From an uncultured delta proteobacterium (GTDB taxonomy: Bacteria > Desulfobacterota > RBG-13-43-22): a DNA stretch of 64,000 bases. The notes beneath the pieces are model-generated. The model saw only the letters and a program-made list of their open reading frames with translations. It had not been told where the DNA came from and made no database searches. Position numbers and translations under genes: made by a program. Positions 9,040 to 19,142 of this stretch are shown here, piece by piece (position 1 is the first letter of the stretch; every line of letters starts with the position of its first letter). Where the stretch lies: the NCBI GenBank assembly GCA_963802945.1, contig CAWDKY010000033.1, forward strand, positions 67,024 to 131,023, given 5' to 3'.

Positions 9040-10666
9040 GGGTCTGTTGCTTAAAATATAATTTATAAATCGCAAGAATAAATAATAACTGGCTTGGGAA
9101 GATAGCCGAGAGGAAATCCTCCCCAAAAACAATTGGCCAGACGGATTAATGGCCTTTTCGGATTTGTTTTCTGGTTCCTATTGGCCCCTGCCGGCCTTTG
9201 TTCTTTGACATGACGTATAAGGATTAGGATATTCTGAATGGAAGCCGTCAGGTATTCCTGAATCTGGACTCTCCAAAGATTTCTCCACCTGGCCCGTTTA
9301 AATCCATAACGGGTAGCTTGGGCAAAACTTCGTTCCATAAGATGCTGGCGCAGATGAAGATTCTTTTTAGAATCGGAGGACCCAGCCTTAGCTCTCATCT
9401 GGGTAAGATCTTCATGCCGGAGATGCCGATTGATGGATCGGCTGGTTCGGGAACGGGTACATTGGTCTTTAAGCGGACAAGACCGAAAAACCTTTCGAGC
9501 ACATACATAATCTACGGACCGGCGTTGGGTATGATAGCGTCGAAGTGCTAAGCACTGCCCGGCAGGACATTGGTAGGTGTCGGTCTGGGGGTCATAAACA
9601 AAGGCCTCCTCAGGAAAGATACCCGCTCGACTGCCGGATTTTTCCTGTTGTCCTTTAAGATCGGGAATATGGGCGGCTATTTGAAGATCATGGCAGTGCA
9701 GGAAGTTTTCAACCGTCCCATACTTGCTGTCGGCTACCACCGTCTCGACGGCCTTTTCCGTGTTCTCCTGATGCTGCTCTATCAAGATCGGTAAGCGATG
9801 AGCTTCATTGACCTGTCCCGGAGTGACTTCGGTAGCTGTAATCACTTCCGCTTGGCCATCCACGGCTCGGTGCACCTTGTAGCTCAACTTGGGATTTCCT
9901 CTTCCTTGACGGATCACTGAGGCTTCCGGATCGGTCGTAGAGATATAGCGCCGGTTGACTTCTCCCGACAGGGGTTCCTCAGACGGTTGCTCCTCTAACC
10001 GGGCTTCCATCTCTTGATAACTTTGGTTCAGATAGCGTTTCAAGGACTCCCGATTCACCACCGAATCATTGGCCGCATCGGCCTGAACCAGACTGGAATC
10101 CATAAAAAGTTTGGCACCATCGACCAATCCCGCCTCCACACATTGCCAGACGATTCGTTCAAAAAAATATTTGAAGGCCTCTACCCCCCAACGGCTCCGG
10201 GCCTTACTCAAAACACTGTGATTCGGAATCTCATCGTCCAGGTCATAGCCCAAAAACCACAGCCAGTCTAAACGCTCAGGAATAGTAGTCATGAGTTCCC
10301 GTTCCGATCGCACATTATACAGAATCAACAAAAGCATCAGTTTGAGAATAACCGGCGGAGGCACAGAAACATTACCCTTCATCCCATAGCTTTCTTTAAC
10401 TTCATTATAAATAAAATCAAAGTCTATGAGTTCGGCAATCTTTCTAAGGGGATGATCTGGTCGTACTCTTTGTTCAAGGTGAAAGCCATAGTAAAATAAC
10501 TTTCCCTGATTCTCTTTGGATTCATAACCCATCATGATGGAAAACCTCTTGATTAAAGATGGGCTTATTATATCATAATAATTAAATATATCAAGTAGTT
10601 ATTTTAATTTTATCGCAATTTTTTTAACTTAAATCGTGGCTAACTGAGGATTTGGGCAACAGACCC
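9040..10666 (-). mobile_element. IS1182-family insertion sequence (1627 bp)
   Basis: TIRs GGGTCTGTTGCTTAAA / TTTGGGCAACAGACCC (14/16); 4-bp target duplication TATT at 9036-9039 and 10667-10670. Confidence 0.9.
9063..10535 (-). CDS. IS1182-family DDE transposase
   Basis: DHPLRKI, SERELM, PNHSVLS, FMDSS, STTDPEA, VADSKYG, CPAG, ERSFA. Confidence 0.92.
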   Translation of the reverse strand: MMGYESKENQGKLFYYGFHLEQRVRPDHPLRKIAELIDFDFIYNEVKESYGMKGNVSVPPPVILKLMLLLILYNVRSERELMTTIPERLDWLWFLGYDLDDEIPNHSVLSKARSRWGVEAFKYFFERIVWQCVEAGLVDGAKLFMDSSLVQADAANDSVVNRESLKRYLNQSYQEMEARLEEQPSEEPLSGEVNRRYISTTDPEASVIRQGRGNPKLSYKVHRAVDGQAEVITATEVTPGQVNEAHRLPILIEQHQENTEKAVETVVADSKYGTVENFLHCHDLQIAAHIPDLKGQQEKSGSRAGIFPEEAFVYDPQTDTYQCPAGQCLALRRYHTQRRSVDYVCARKVFRSCPLKDQCTRSRTSRSINRHLRHEDLTQMRAKAGSSDSKKNLHLRQHLMERSFAQATRYGFKRARWRNLWRVQIQEYLTASIQNILILIRHVKEQRPAGANRNQKTNPKRPLIRLANCFWGGFPLGYLPKPVIIYSCDL

Positions 10667-10708
10667 TATTTTCTTTGCATTCTGTTTTTTGTATTCTAAC
10701 ATATCCTC

Positions 10709-10750
10709 AAAAAAACAAAAAGCCCTGTCTTACTTTAACAGGCAGGGCTT
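10709..10750 (-). terminator. Intrinsic terminator after cysS
   Basis: Stem AAGCCCTGCCT/AGACAGGGCTT followed by a U-rich tract on the minus strand. Confidence 0.75.
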
Positions 10751-10792
10751 CAAACTTGATGGCTTCGTAGAAGTCCATCACCTTCCCATTTT

Positions 10793-12271
10793 TTATTCCT
10801 CAACCTGCCAGATGGTCCCCCGGGGAGAATCTTGAATAAGGATATTCATTCCTATAAGTTGTTTTCGCAGGTCATCGGCTTTGACCCAATCCTTTTCTTT
10901 CCGGGCCTGGTTCCGTTCGGCAATAAGCCCCTCAATAGCTTCGGCCGATAAACCTTTCTTTTCCAAAAGCCTTATTTGTTCCTGTTCTAAAAAGGCTTGA
11001 GGTGGCAGAGTCAGGATACCCAGGATTTGGCCGTATTGTTTGAACAGACCGGCGGCCTGTTCAAATGGATCTGCAAGACCTTTTATTTCTTTTGGACGCA
11101 CCGTATCCATGATCCGATTGAGCTGCCTGGCCAGTTCATACATGTGTCCAATGGCCTGGGCGGTATTAAAATCATCATCCATGGCCCCTTCAAAATTTTC
11201 TCTGAATCGATCGACTACGTCTTTGGTTTCCTGAACCAACTCCGGGGTCAGAGCTTGATGGCCTTTCATCTGCAGGCGGTTTTCAGGATGGTCCAAATCG
11301 TTGAGTAGGGTATAAAGTCGGCGAAGACCCGTTTGGGCTTCCTGCATGGCCTGGTCTGAATAATCCAACGGGGAGCGATACTGGTGTGAAAGCAAGATAA
11401 GTCTTATCACTTCTGGATGGAATCGACTGACCATTTCCTGGATAGTTAAAAAATTACCCAGGGACTTGGACATCTTGTCACCCTGAATGGTCACAAAACC
11501 GTTGTGGACCCAATAGCGGGCCAGGGGTTTTCCGGAAACGGCCATGGACTGAGCCAGCTCGTTTTCATGATGAGGGAAGATGAGGTCCTTCCCGCCGCCG
11601 TGAATATCAAAGGTCTCCCCCAGGTAACAGGAACTCATGGCCGAGCATTCGATATGCCAGCCCGGCCGGCCCGGCCCCCAGGGGCTGTCCCAAACCGGCT
11701 CGCCGGGTTTTCCTTTTTTCCACAGGGCAAAATCCATGGGATGGTGTTTTCGGGGATCCACCTCGATCCTGGCCCCGGCCTGCATCTCCTCCAGACTCCG
11801 GTTAGAAAGAGCCCCATAAGCCGGAAACTTCTCTACGGCAAAATAGACATCGCCATCTACGACATAGGCCACCTTTTGATCAATGAGCTTCTGCACCAGG
11901 CTGATGATTTCCTTCATATGCAGGGTCGCTCTGGGTTCGACGTCCGGACTCAACACCCCCAAGGCCTTCATGTCCTCTTCAAATGCTTTGATAAACTTAT
12001 CGGCCAGCGTTTTGGGATCCTCTTTTTCCTCTTGGGCCCGGTTAATGATTTTATCGTCGATGTCGGTAAAATTGCGCACATAGGTTACCTGAAAACCCTT
12101 TAACCGTAAGTATCGAACCATAACGTCAAAAACAATCATGGACCGGGCATGCCCGATATGACAGCTGTCATAAACCGTAACCCCGCAGACATAAATACCC
12201 ACCTTGGGAGGATTCAAAGGGACAAAAAGTTCTTTTTGCTTAGATTGGGAATTATAGATACGAAGGGACAT
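10793..12271 (-). CDS. cysS: Cysteine--tRNA ligase
   Basis: YVCGVTVYD, HIGH, GRPGWHIECS, KMSKS. Confidence 0.98.
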   Translation of the reverse strand: MSLRIYNSQSKQKELFVPLNPPKVGIYVCGVTVYDSCHIGHARSMIVFDVMVRYLRLKGFQVTYVRNFTDIDDKIINRAQEEKEDPKTLADKFIKAFEEDMKALGVLSPDVEPRATLHMKEIISLVQKLIDQKVAYVVDGDVYFAVEKFPAYGALSNRSLEEMQAGARIEVDPRKHHPMDFALWKKGKPGEPVWDSPWGPGRPGWHIECSAMSSCYLGETFDIHGGGKDLIFPHHENELAQSMAVSGKPLARYWVHNGFVTIQGDKMSKSLGNFLTIQEMVSRFHPEVIRLILLSHQYRSPLDYSDQAMQEAQTGLRRLYTLLNDLDHPENRLQMKGHQALTPELVQETKDVVDRFRENFEGAMDDDFNTAQAIGHMYELARQLNRIMDTVRPKEIKGLADPFEQAAGLFKQYGQILGILTLPPQAFLEQEQIRLLEKKGLSAEAIEGLIAERNQARKEKDWVKADDLRKQLIGMNILIQDSPRGTIWQVEE

Positions 12272-12301
12272 TTCAAGAAGGCTCCAATGTCTAATTAATT
12301 T

Positions 12302-12401
12302 CTTGATTCTGGATAAAAACGAAAAGCGATACTCGATTAAACTGCCGATACTGGATACTTGATACTGGATGCTGGATTGGTTTTATCCAGAATCAAGCAT
12401 C
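12302..12401. repeat. GATACTG-heptamer modular hairpin element, copy 1
   Basis: Perfect 17-bp outer IR 12302-12318 / 12381-12397; internal modules shared with copies at 30035-31287, 38841-38967, 40188-40289, 43593-43698. Confidence 0.85.
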
Positions 12402-12421
12402 ATTTCAAAGTTGGTTAGGCC

Positions 12422-12910
12422 TTATTCGTCTTTAAATAAAAGGGCCAGGGCATAAGCCGCAATCCCTTCCTGGCGGCCGGTAAACCCCAGTCCTTCCTCA
12501 GTCGTGGCTTTGACACTGATCTGTTCAACAGAAACTTTCAATGTGGCCGCTAATACAGCCTGCATCTTTTTAATATAGGGTGTCAACTTGGGCTCCTGGG
12601 CCACCACCGTGCTATCCACGTTTCCGATCTTATATCCTTTTTGCTGGATCAGGGCGCCAATGCTCTCCAGAAGCCGCAAACTGGATATCCCTTTATACTG
12701 AGGATCAGAATCCGGGAAAAGACGGCCCAAGTCCCCCAGAGCCGCAGCCCCTAAAAGGGCGTCCCCAAGGGCATGGCTTAAAACATCGGCATCCGAGTGA
12801 CCGGTCAGGCCTTGATGAAAGGGAATCTCAACCCCGCCTAAAATCAAGGGTCTTCCCGGGACTAAACGATGGACATCATAGCCCAGGCCCATACGGAAAT
12901 CTGGCATCAT
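12422..12910 (-). CDS. ispF: 2-C-methyl-D-erythritol 2,4-cyclodiphosphate synthase
   Basis: [21 protein letters not shown]. Confidence 0.97.
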   Translation of the reverse strand: MMPDFRMGLGYDVHRLVPGRPLILGGVEIPFHQGLTGHSDADVLSHALGDALLGAAALGDLGRLFPDSDPQYKGISSLRLLESIGALIQQKGYKIGNVDSTVVAQEPKLTPYIKKMQAVLAATLKVSVEQISVKATTEEGLGFTGRQEGIAAYALALLFKDE

Positions 12911-13603
12911 TTTTCTTTTTTCATGCTGGAAAAGAGGGATTCAGCCAAGGCCAAATCCTCCGGAGTGGTAATTTTAATATTGGTGTAATCGCCCATAATC
13001 AGGGTGATCGGGTGTCCTATCCGTTCCACTAAATAAGGCATCGTCCGTACCCTGGATATCGTTTTGTTGGGCCTCTTGATAGGCCTTCATAAGCAGAGGG
13101 AATTGAAAGGTTTGAGGAGTTTGAGCCAGCCAGATTTCTTCCCGGGGGAGGGTCTGAACCTTTTCCCCGTTAATCGCTCTTTTGACCGTATCCCTGGGCA
13201 AAACGGCCACTACGGCCGCCCCGTTTTTTTGAGCTTCTTCAATTCCTTGGGCGATCAGCTGTTGACTGATAAAAGGACGAACTCCGTCATGGACGACGAC
13301 GATTGAACATTCGGAACGAATGGCCTTAAGACCGTTCCAGACCGACTGTTGACGGATCTTTCCGCCCTGGACCAATTTAAAGACCTTTTTAAACTGATAC
13401 TTTTCAACAATATCCGTTTGAACCATATCCATATGGTCTTCGGGAACAATGATATAGATCCCGTCTATAGCCGTACACTCTTCAAAGACCTGCAGGGTCT
13501 GGGCCAAAATCGGCTTGCCGCCCAAGCAGAGGTATTGTTTGGGGGTCGAAGATTGCATGCGTTGGCCTTTCCCGGCCGCGGTAATCAGGGCGATGGTTTT
13601 CAA
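12907..13603 (-). CDS. ispD: 2-C-methyl-D-erythritol 4-phosphate cytidylyltransferase (frameshift near 13035)
   Basis: [23 protein letters not shown]; [10 protein letters not shown] continues in another frame to a stop at 12907. Confidence 0.92.
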
Positions 13604-13624
13604 GAATAGTCCTCACCTCTTAAA

Positions 13625-13775
13625 AGGTTGCTGAAAAAGGCCCATCTACTGCGTTGCCCTTATTCCTCGTCATTGCAACGTACTTCTTTGTACGTCTCAT
13701 TCCTCGGAATTTCGGGCGCCTTGTATTTGGACCTTTTTGAGCAACCTGTATAACTTGAATTTTTCCGCATTCTGT
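13625..13775. mobile_element. MITE-like element, family M copy 1
   Basis: Ends AGGTTGCTGAAAAAGG / CCTTTTTGAGCAACCTG plus a second end-like motif; homologous to 43986-44139 and 58187-58422. Confidence 0.85.
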
Positions 13776-13778
13776 GAA

Positions 13779-13860
13779 GGATTCCAGTATTCCAAGGTTA
13801 TGAGGTTTTCACTTCCAGGCCTTTCACTTGAACCCTTGACCACTTAAATCCTTGAACCCT
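13779..13860 (-). repeat. Gene-less octamer (GGATTCAA) hairpin element
   Basis: Minus strand ...GGTTCAAGTGAAAGGCCTGGAAGTGAAAACC...GAATCCT; same core as 15546-15648 and 50076-50172. Confidence 0.8.
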
Positions 13861-13874
13861 TTTATCTTAATCGT

Positions 13875-14243
13875 GAAAGTGGATGGTAAGCCGAGTTCTG
13901 TTTCCCCGCCGCAAGGCGCGGACAATGATCATTCATCTAAGGATCGGGATTGCTCCCGGCCTCAAGCGACCAACCCGAGGGTATGGGGCGGGCCACCTCT
14001 TTCACCCTCCTATTTGGTCTTGCTCCGGATGGGGTTTACCAAGCTACCCCGGTCACCCGGGATACTGGTGGGCTCTTACCCCGCCATTTACCCTTACTAC
14101 GCCCATGGCGTAGCGGTATCTTTTCTGTGGCACTTTCCTTCTCGTCACCGAGACTGGGCGTTACCCAGCATCCTGCCCTTTGGAGCTCGGACTTTCCTCC
14201 CGCCATACCGCAGGCATGACGAGCGATCATTTAATCCACTTCC
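13875..14243 (-). ncRNA. rnpB: RNase P RNA (class A)
   Basis: GAGGAAAGTCCG, AGTGCCACAGAAA, GAGCAAGACCAAATAGG, ACAGAACTCGGCTTA; P1 pairing of the two ends; ends approximate. Confidence 0.96.
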
Positions 14244-14250
14244 ACGAAAC

Positions 14251-14358
14251 AGTGAAAAGCAGATAGTGAATAGATGCTAGTGAAACAAAAAATCTTTTAA
14301 GTCTTTACGATCAGACATCGACTTCCGACTATCACCTATTTCCTACTCACTATTCACT
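14251..14358. repeat. Inverted heptamer arrays (AGTGAAT / ATTCACT type)
   Basis: Left AGTGAAAAGCAGATAGTGAATAG; right CTATCACCTATTTCCTACTCACTATTCACT. Confidence 0.65.
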
Positions 14359-14783
14359 GAATTTTCTAATGGCCTCATTGGCCATTCGATCGGCTTCCCG
14401 GTTCTCTTCTCTGGGTATATGGATAATATCATACTTCAGAATTTCAACAAAAGATCTCGAACTTGATAAAAATAAATTTTTAGCCTTTGATTCTTAACTC
14501 GGTAATCCCCGTTTAATTGACGAACCAAAAGTTCTGAATCCATATAGATCCGGATGAATTGAACACCACAGGACAGGGCCTGTTGAAGTCCCAGGACCAG
14601 GGCTTGATATTCGGCCTCGTTATTGGTGGCCTGTCCTAAAAATTTACATTCCTTAAACGAATCGGAATGTTGATCGCTGGTCAACATCCACCCGGCCCCG
14701 GCCGGCCCCGGATTTCCTTTGGAAGCTCCATCGGTAAAAAGTTGCCAGACCACGGGATTGGTTTTATTCTTTTTCGACGGCAA
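14350..14783 (-). CDS. rnhA: Ribonuclease HI-family protein (frameshift near 14440)
   Basis: FTDGASKGNPG, TNNEAEY, MDSELL; HIPREENREADRMANEA continues in the -1 frame to a stop at 14350. Confidence 0.88.
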
Positions 14784-14786
14784 AAA

Positions 14787-15512
14787 TTAGTCCTCTTGGT
14801 TTCCAATCGTATTTGCCAGGTGAAGAATTCGAAGACAACTGGGACAAGTAATAATTCGATCCCCTCGATGCAGCTCATTAAACAGCTGAGGCGGGATATG
14901 CATATGACAACCCAGACAGGTCGCATCCTTGACTTTTGCTACGGCCACCCCTCTTAATCGCTCTTTTAAAAATTCATATTGTTTTAAAAGAGCGGAGTCC
15001 ACACGGGAGCTCAGCTCTTTCCTCTTTTGATTCAGTTCCAAGAGTTCTTTCTCAGACTCCTGGCGTTCTTTCTCCAACCGATCTTTATTCAGTTTTCCTT
15101 CAGCTATTTTGGCTTCAACGGTTTTTTTCAAGGCTTTTTCTTTCTGAATGCCTTCTTCCAGCTTTTCCATGAATTCCAACAAAAGATCTTCCTTGCCGGT
15201 CTTGCCCTTTTTTAATTCATCGGTCTCGGTCAGCATGGCCTTATATTCCTTGTTGGTTTTGACTTCCATTAATTTGACCTGGCTCTTTTTGATCTTTTGA
15301 TCATATTCTTCAATTTCCCGCTCCAGGGTTTTCCTTTGTTTTTTTAAGTCTTCCATTTCCCGGATAAAAACCTGAAAGGTTTCCTGGACTTGTTCGATTT
15401 CCTGGTCGACTTGTCTTATTTTCTTTGGATTTTCCTCTGAAGTGAAAAGCAGATGCTGAATGGATTTATCTAATTGCTGCAATTGGATCAAATAGGTTAA
15501 TTGTTCTCTCAT
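14787..15512 (-). CDS. Coiled-coil protein with C4 zinc ribbon (DUF164 type)
   Basis: LQQLD start, long coiled coil, CLGCHM...CPSCLRIL; usual nif3-zinc ribbon-rnhA synteny. Confidence 0.92.
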   Translation of the reverse strand: MREQLTYLIQLQQLDKSIQHLLFTSEENPKKIRQVDQEIEQVQETFQVFIREMEDLKKQRKTLEREIEEYDQKIKKSQVKLMEVKTNKEYKAMLTETDELKKGKTGKEDLLLEFMEKLEEGIQKEKALKKTVEAKIAEGKLNKDRLEKERQESEKELLELNQKRKELSSRVDSALLKQYEFLKERLRGVAVAKVKDATCLGCHMHIPPQLFNELHRGDRIITCPSCLRILHLANTIGNQED

Positions 15513-15545
15513 CGTTTCTCCAAAATTATAAATATTAGTGGCCGA

Positions 15546-15648
15546 GGATTCAAGGGGTCAAGGGACCAAGGATTCAATGGGAAGGCAAGGAAGTTAAACC
15601 CCTTGAACCCCTGAATCCTCCTAAGCTCGTCGCAGGTCCTTGAATCCT
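15546..15648 (+). repeat. Gene-less octamer (GGATTCAA) hairpin element
   Basis: GGATTCAA GGGGTCAA GGGACCAA GGATTCAA, core GAAGGCAAGGAAGTTAAACC, then TTGAACCC CTGAATCC...TTGAATCC. Confidence 0.85.
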
Positions 15649-15724
15649 ATTTTCTTATTAAACCCTCACGCCTCAAGGAGGCACCACGTAAGGATGAAAA
15701 TTTTGCTTTACCATGTAATAGTGT

Positions 15725-15801
15725 GTCATTCCGGCGAAAGCCGGAATCCAGACAAATTAAAGCATTAAATGCCCTGGATGCCGGATCAAGTCCGGCATGA
15801 C
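15725..15801. repeat. REP-like palindromic element
   Basis: GTCATTCCGGCGAAAGCCGGAATCCAG ... CTGGATGCCGGATCAAGTCCGGCATGAC. Confidence 0.85.
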
Positions 15802-15845
15802 GGAGAACAGACCCCCCATAGGTATAATTCGGGGTTATTTTTGTT

Positions 15846-16964
15846 TTAAAAATACTGTACATACGGATCACCTGGTTGAACATCTTCCAGGACATCGATC
15901 TCCCAATCCTCAGCCTGGTTTGCTTCCCTCAAAGCCTGCGCCAGCACTGGGATCACCCATTTTTCCGACGAATAATGACCGACCTCCACCAGCGTCAATG
16001 CCTGCCCCTGATGAGAAACCGTCGGGTGATACCCGATCTCTCCACAGATAAAAACCTGCGCCCCGGTCGACAGGGCCTCTGAAATCATTTTACTTCCCGA
16101 CCCTCCACAAACAGCTGCCTTGTGAATGGTTTCGGGAATCGGTCCACTGACCCGCACGGAAGGGGCCTCTACCTCCTGTTTTAAACGATGGATTAAGGTC
16201 TCCCAGGAAATGGCAGGATCAAAATTGCCCAACCTGCCCAGGCCTACATCGTCCGAAGGGTTTTCCACCGGATAGACATCATAAGCCATGTCTTCATAAG
16301 GATGGGCCCGGCGAATCTTCTCCACCAGATCATCTACCTGAACTCTCCGGGCCAAAACTTCCAAACGCCATTCCGAGACCCGTTCGATTCGGCCGATTTC
16401 TCCAACAAAAGGATGACTGCCCGCTTGCGGAATAAAGGTCCCTTCTCCCCGGCTCTTAAAGGTACATAAGCGGTATGAACCTATTTGACCCGCTTCTGCC
16501 TCATCCAAAACCCGAGTAATTTTTTCTTCGTATCCAATAGGAATAAAAACGATTAGTTTGACTGAATCAGACAAACGCTTTTCGAGAGGGACAAGATCGC
16601 TTAAACCCAGACGGCAGGCCAGGGCCGTACTGACCCCATCCGGAGCAGCATCCAGATTGGTATGAGCTGCCAGGAGGGCAATTTCTGCTTTAGCCATCTG
16701 TAAAGCGGTCCGGCCGGGTTCTTGATTGCTTTTCAGAGAATCGACGGGTTGGAAAAAAAGGGGGTGGTGGCAGATCATCAAGTGCAGATCCTTTTGAACA
16801 GCCCAGGAAACGGAACGTGGAGTTGCCTCTAAAGAGATTCCGATCCGCTTTACCTCTTGTTCCGGATCCCCCAATTGGAGACCGATTCGATCCCAATCTT
16901 CGGCCCAACTCACCGGGAAACGGGCCTCCATCCATTTTTGAATTTCCCTGACCTTAACCGGCAT
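15846..16964 (-). CDS. Nif3-like dinuclear metal-centre protein (YqfO/YbgI) with PII-like insert
   Basis: WDRIGLQLG, HHPLFF, HTNLD, HPYEDMAYD, VCGGSG, GHYSSE. Confidence 0.95.
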   Translation of the reverse strand: MPVKVREIQKWMEARFPVSWAEDWDRIGLQLGDPEQEVKRIGISLEATPRSVSWAVQKDLHLMICHHPLFFQPVDSLKSNQEPGRTALQMAKAEIALLAAHTNLDAAPDGVSTALACRLGLSDLVPLEKRLSDSVKLIVFIPIGYEEKITRVLDEAEAGQIGSYRLCTFKSRGEGTFIPQAGSHPFVGEIGRIERVSEWRLEVLARRVQVDDLVEKIRRAHPYEDMAYDVYPVENPSDDVGLGRLGNFDPAISWETLIHRLKQEVEAPSVRVSGPIPETIHKAAVCGGSGSKMISEALSTGAQVFICGEIGYHPTVSHQGQALTLVEVGHYSSEKWVIPVLAQALREANQAEDWEIDVLEDVQPGDPYVQYF

Positions 16965-16971
16965 GATTAAC

Positions 16972-17009
16972 AAAAAAAGGGTGCAGTCCCTTCGGGTGCA
17001 CCCTTTTTT
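16972..17009. terminator. Strong hairpin with A/U tracts on both sides, between tRNA-Ile2 and nif3
   Basis: AAAAAAGGGTGCA-11 nt-TGCACCCTTTTTT. Confidence 0.65.
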
Positions 17010-17094
17010 CACCTCCAACTATGGGGAGTTTGATTGTTAAAACCTTTTTAAGTTTCATAATAACAAGGCAGACCTTCGGCCTAAGCAGTTGATC

Positions 17095-17170
17095 TGGTGG
17101 GCCCACCTGGCCTCGAACCAGGGACCTTCCGGTTATGAGCCGGTGGCTCTTCCAACTGAGCTATGGGCCC
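17095..17170 (-). tRNA. tRNA with CAT anticodon, probably tRNA-Ile2 (lysidine)
   Basis: GGGCCCATAGCTCAGTTGG...CTCATAA...GGTTCGAG...GGGCCCACCA; lacks initiator features; lies after rpoD. Confidence 0.9.
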
Positions 17171-17198
17171 GTACCTTTTTGTGACCAGAAAGAGATAA

Positions 17199-17227
17199 AC
17201 TATATTGGATTAATAAACAGATGTCAA
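17199..17227 (-). promoter_or_regulatory. Sigma70 promoter of tRNA-Ile2
   Basis: TTGACA-17 nt-TATAGT. Confidence 0.75.
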
Positions 17228-17389
17228 CCCAGAACAACAAAACCGGTTTCCATTAAATTCAAATTTCGAAATCCTTCATGTCGCCACGGAAGAAACAAAT
17301 TAGATTTGTTTTGAATTTGATTTGCCCGATTCGTTCTTCGTTTTTAAATTTCGCACCTCATATCAAAACCAAGAATTAAAAATAACCCT

Positions 17390-19132
17390 CTATTCCACAA
17401 AGGACTTCAATCGTTTGCTTCGGCTGGGGTGACGTAATTTCCTTAAGGCCTTGGCTTCGATTTGCCGGATCCGTTCACGGGTGACATCAAAATCGCGGCC
17501 CACTTCTTCGAGAGTATGGTCGGCCCTTTCCCCGATACCGAACCGCATGCGCAGGACCTTTTCTTCCCGCGGAGTTAAGGTGGACAAAACCCGCTGAGTC
17601 TGCTCGGACAGATTCAAACGAATCACGGCCTCGGAAGGAGATAAAATCTTCTTATCTTCGATAAAGTCCCGAAGATGGCTGTCTTCCTCTTCCCCGATCG
17701 GGGTCTCCAAAGAAATAGGTTCCTTGGCGATCTTCAAGACCTTTCGAACCTTGTCCAAAGGGAACTCCATACGATCGGCAATTTCCTCGGGCGTTGGTTC
17801 CCGCCCCAATTCCTGGACCAGATATCTCGCCGTCCGTATCAATTTATTGATGGTTTCGATCATGTGAACCGGAATGCGGATGGTGCGGGCCTGATCGGCA
17901 ATGGCCCGGGTAATGGCCTGCCGGACCCACCAGGTAGCATAAGTACTGAATTTATAACCCCGTTGATACTCGAATTTATCAACGGCCTTCATCAACCCGA
18001 TATTCCCTTCCTGGATCAAGTCCAAAAATTGCAGACCCCGATTGGTATATTTTTTAGCAATACTGACCACCAGCCGCAGGTTAGCCTCAATTAATTCGGC
18101 CTTGGCATCCCGGGCCTTGATTTCTCCCTCATCCACTTGTTTAATAATTCGCTTGAGGGCTTTGGAAGTCATCTTGGATTCCTGCTCAACCCTTCGTATC
18201 TTCCGTTCTCCATTTCGAATCTTCTTATCGATCTCCAACAGACTATCTTTATGAAGACCGGTTTGGCGGGTCAGAGACCTGGCCTGGCCGTCATTTTTTA
18301 GCTTGCGAAGGGCCTTTTTTAGATCCTGTAAGGGGAGACGGGTTTTCCTGGCGCAATCTTCAATTTCCCTTTCCCCTTTTTCAATTCGATCTGTAAATCC
18401 CTTCAGTCTATTGATAATACGATCAATCTGCCGCTTATCCAAACGAAGCTCTTTAAGCCGTTCCACGATCAACAATTTATTATCTTCAATTTTATCTCGA
18501 ATCTTCTTTTTACGGGGAAGCTGGAGATCATGACTTAGTTTGTCTTGAAGTTTTCTGTTCTTTTCATAAAGTTCTGCCACCTCAGCAAAAAGCTGAAGGA
18601 CCTTTTTTCGATGGGCTTCGGTTTCAACAAAAGGATCCTCATCATCCATGTCTCGAACGATTTCTCTGAGCTTGATCACCCCTTGTTGAAACTTTTCGCC
18701 CAGTAAAAGGATTTCCTTGATCCCCACCGGCGATTCCAGTAGGGCGTCAATAATTTCGTGTTTCCCTTCTTCGATTCTTTTGGCGATCTCGACCTCGCCC
18801 TCACGGGTAAGCAAGGAATAAAAACCCATTTCCTTGAGATACATCTTGACCGGATCGTTGATTTTAATACCGATCTCCGGCCCCCATTTCAGTTCTTCTT
18901 CCTCTTCTTCGATATGATCTTCATCGGTCTTCTCTTTGGCCCTAATTCGAGGTGCCCCTTCTAAAACCTGAATATCCGTTTCGTCAAACAAGTAGATCAT
19001 ATCGTCGATCTGTTCGGTCCCGACCAGTTCGGGTGGAAGGGTTTCTTCGGTCTCCTCCAGATCCAAAAACTCCTTTTCTTTGTTCAGGGAAATCATTTTA
19101 TTGAGTTCATCCATAGTGCTTTCTTTGGCCAT
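17390..19132 (-). CDS. rpoD: RNA polymerase primary sigma factor
   Basis: [41 protein letters not shown]. Confidence 0.98.
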   Translation of the reverse strand: MAKESTMDELNKMISLNKEKEFLDLEETEETLPPELVGTEQIDDMIYLFDETDIQVLEGAPRIRAKEKTDEDHIEEEEEELKWGPEIGIKINDPVKMYLKEMGFYSLLTREGEVEIAKRIEEGKHEIIDALLESPVGIKEILLLGEKFQQGVIKLREIVRDMDDEDPFVETEAHRKKVLQLFAEVAELYEKNRKLQDKLSHDLQLPRKKKIRDKIEDNKLLIVERLKELRLDKRQIDRIINRLKGFTDRIEKGEREIEDCARKTRLPLQDLKKALRKLKNDGQARSLTRQTGLHKDSLLEIDKKIRNGERKIRRVEQESKMTSKALKRIIKQVDEGEIKARDAKAELIEANLRLVVSIAKKYTNRGLQFLDLIQEGNIGLMKAVDKFEYQRGYKFSTYATWWVRQAITRAIADQARTIRIPVHMIETINKLIRTARYLVQELGREPTPEEIADRMEFPLDKVRKVLKIAKEPISLETPIGEEEDSHLRDFIEDKKILSPSEAVIRLNLSEQTQRVLSTLTPREEKVLRMRFGIGERADHTLEEVGRDFDVTRERIRQIEAKALRKLRHPSRSKRLKSFVE

Positions 19133-19142
19133 AAGTTCTCCT

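Noticed and set aside
13852-14280. ORFs overlapping 13852-14280 on both strands
   Set aside because: They coincide with RNase P RNA.
14436-14438. Selenocysteine readthrough of the rnhA TGA
   Set aside because: The conserved C-terminus continues in a different frame, so this is a frameshift.
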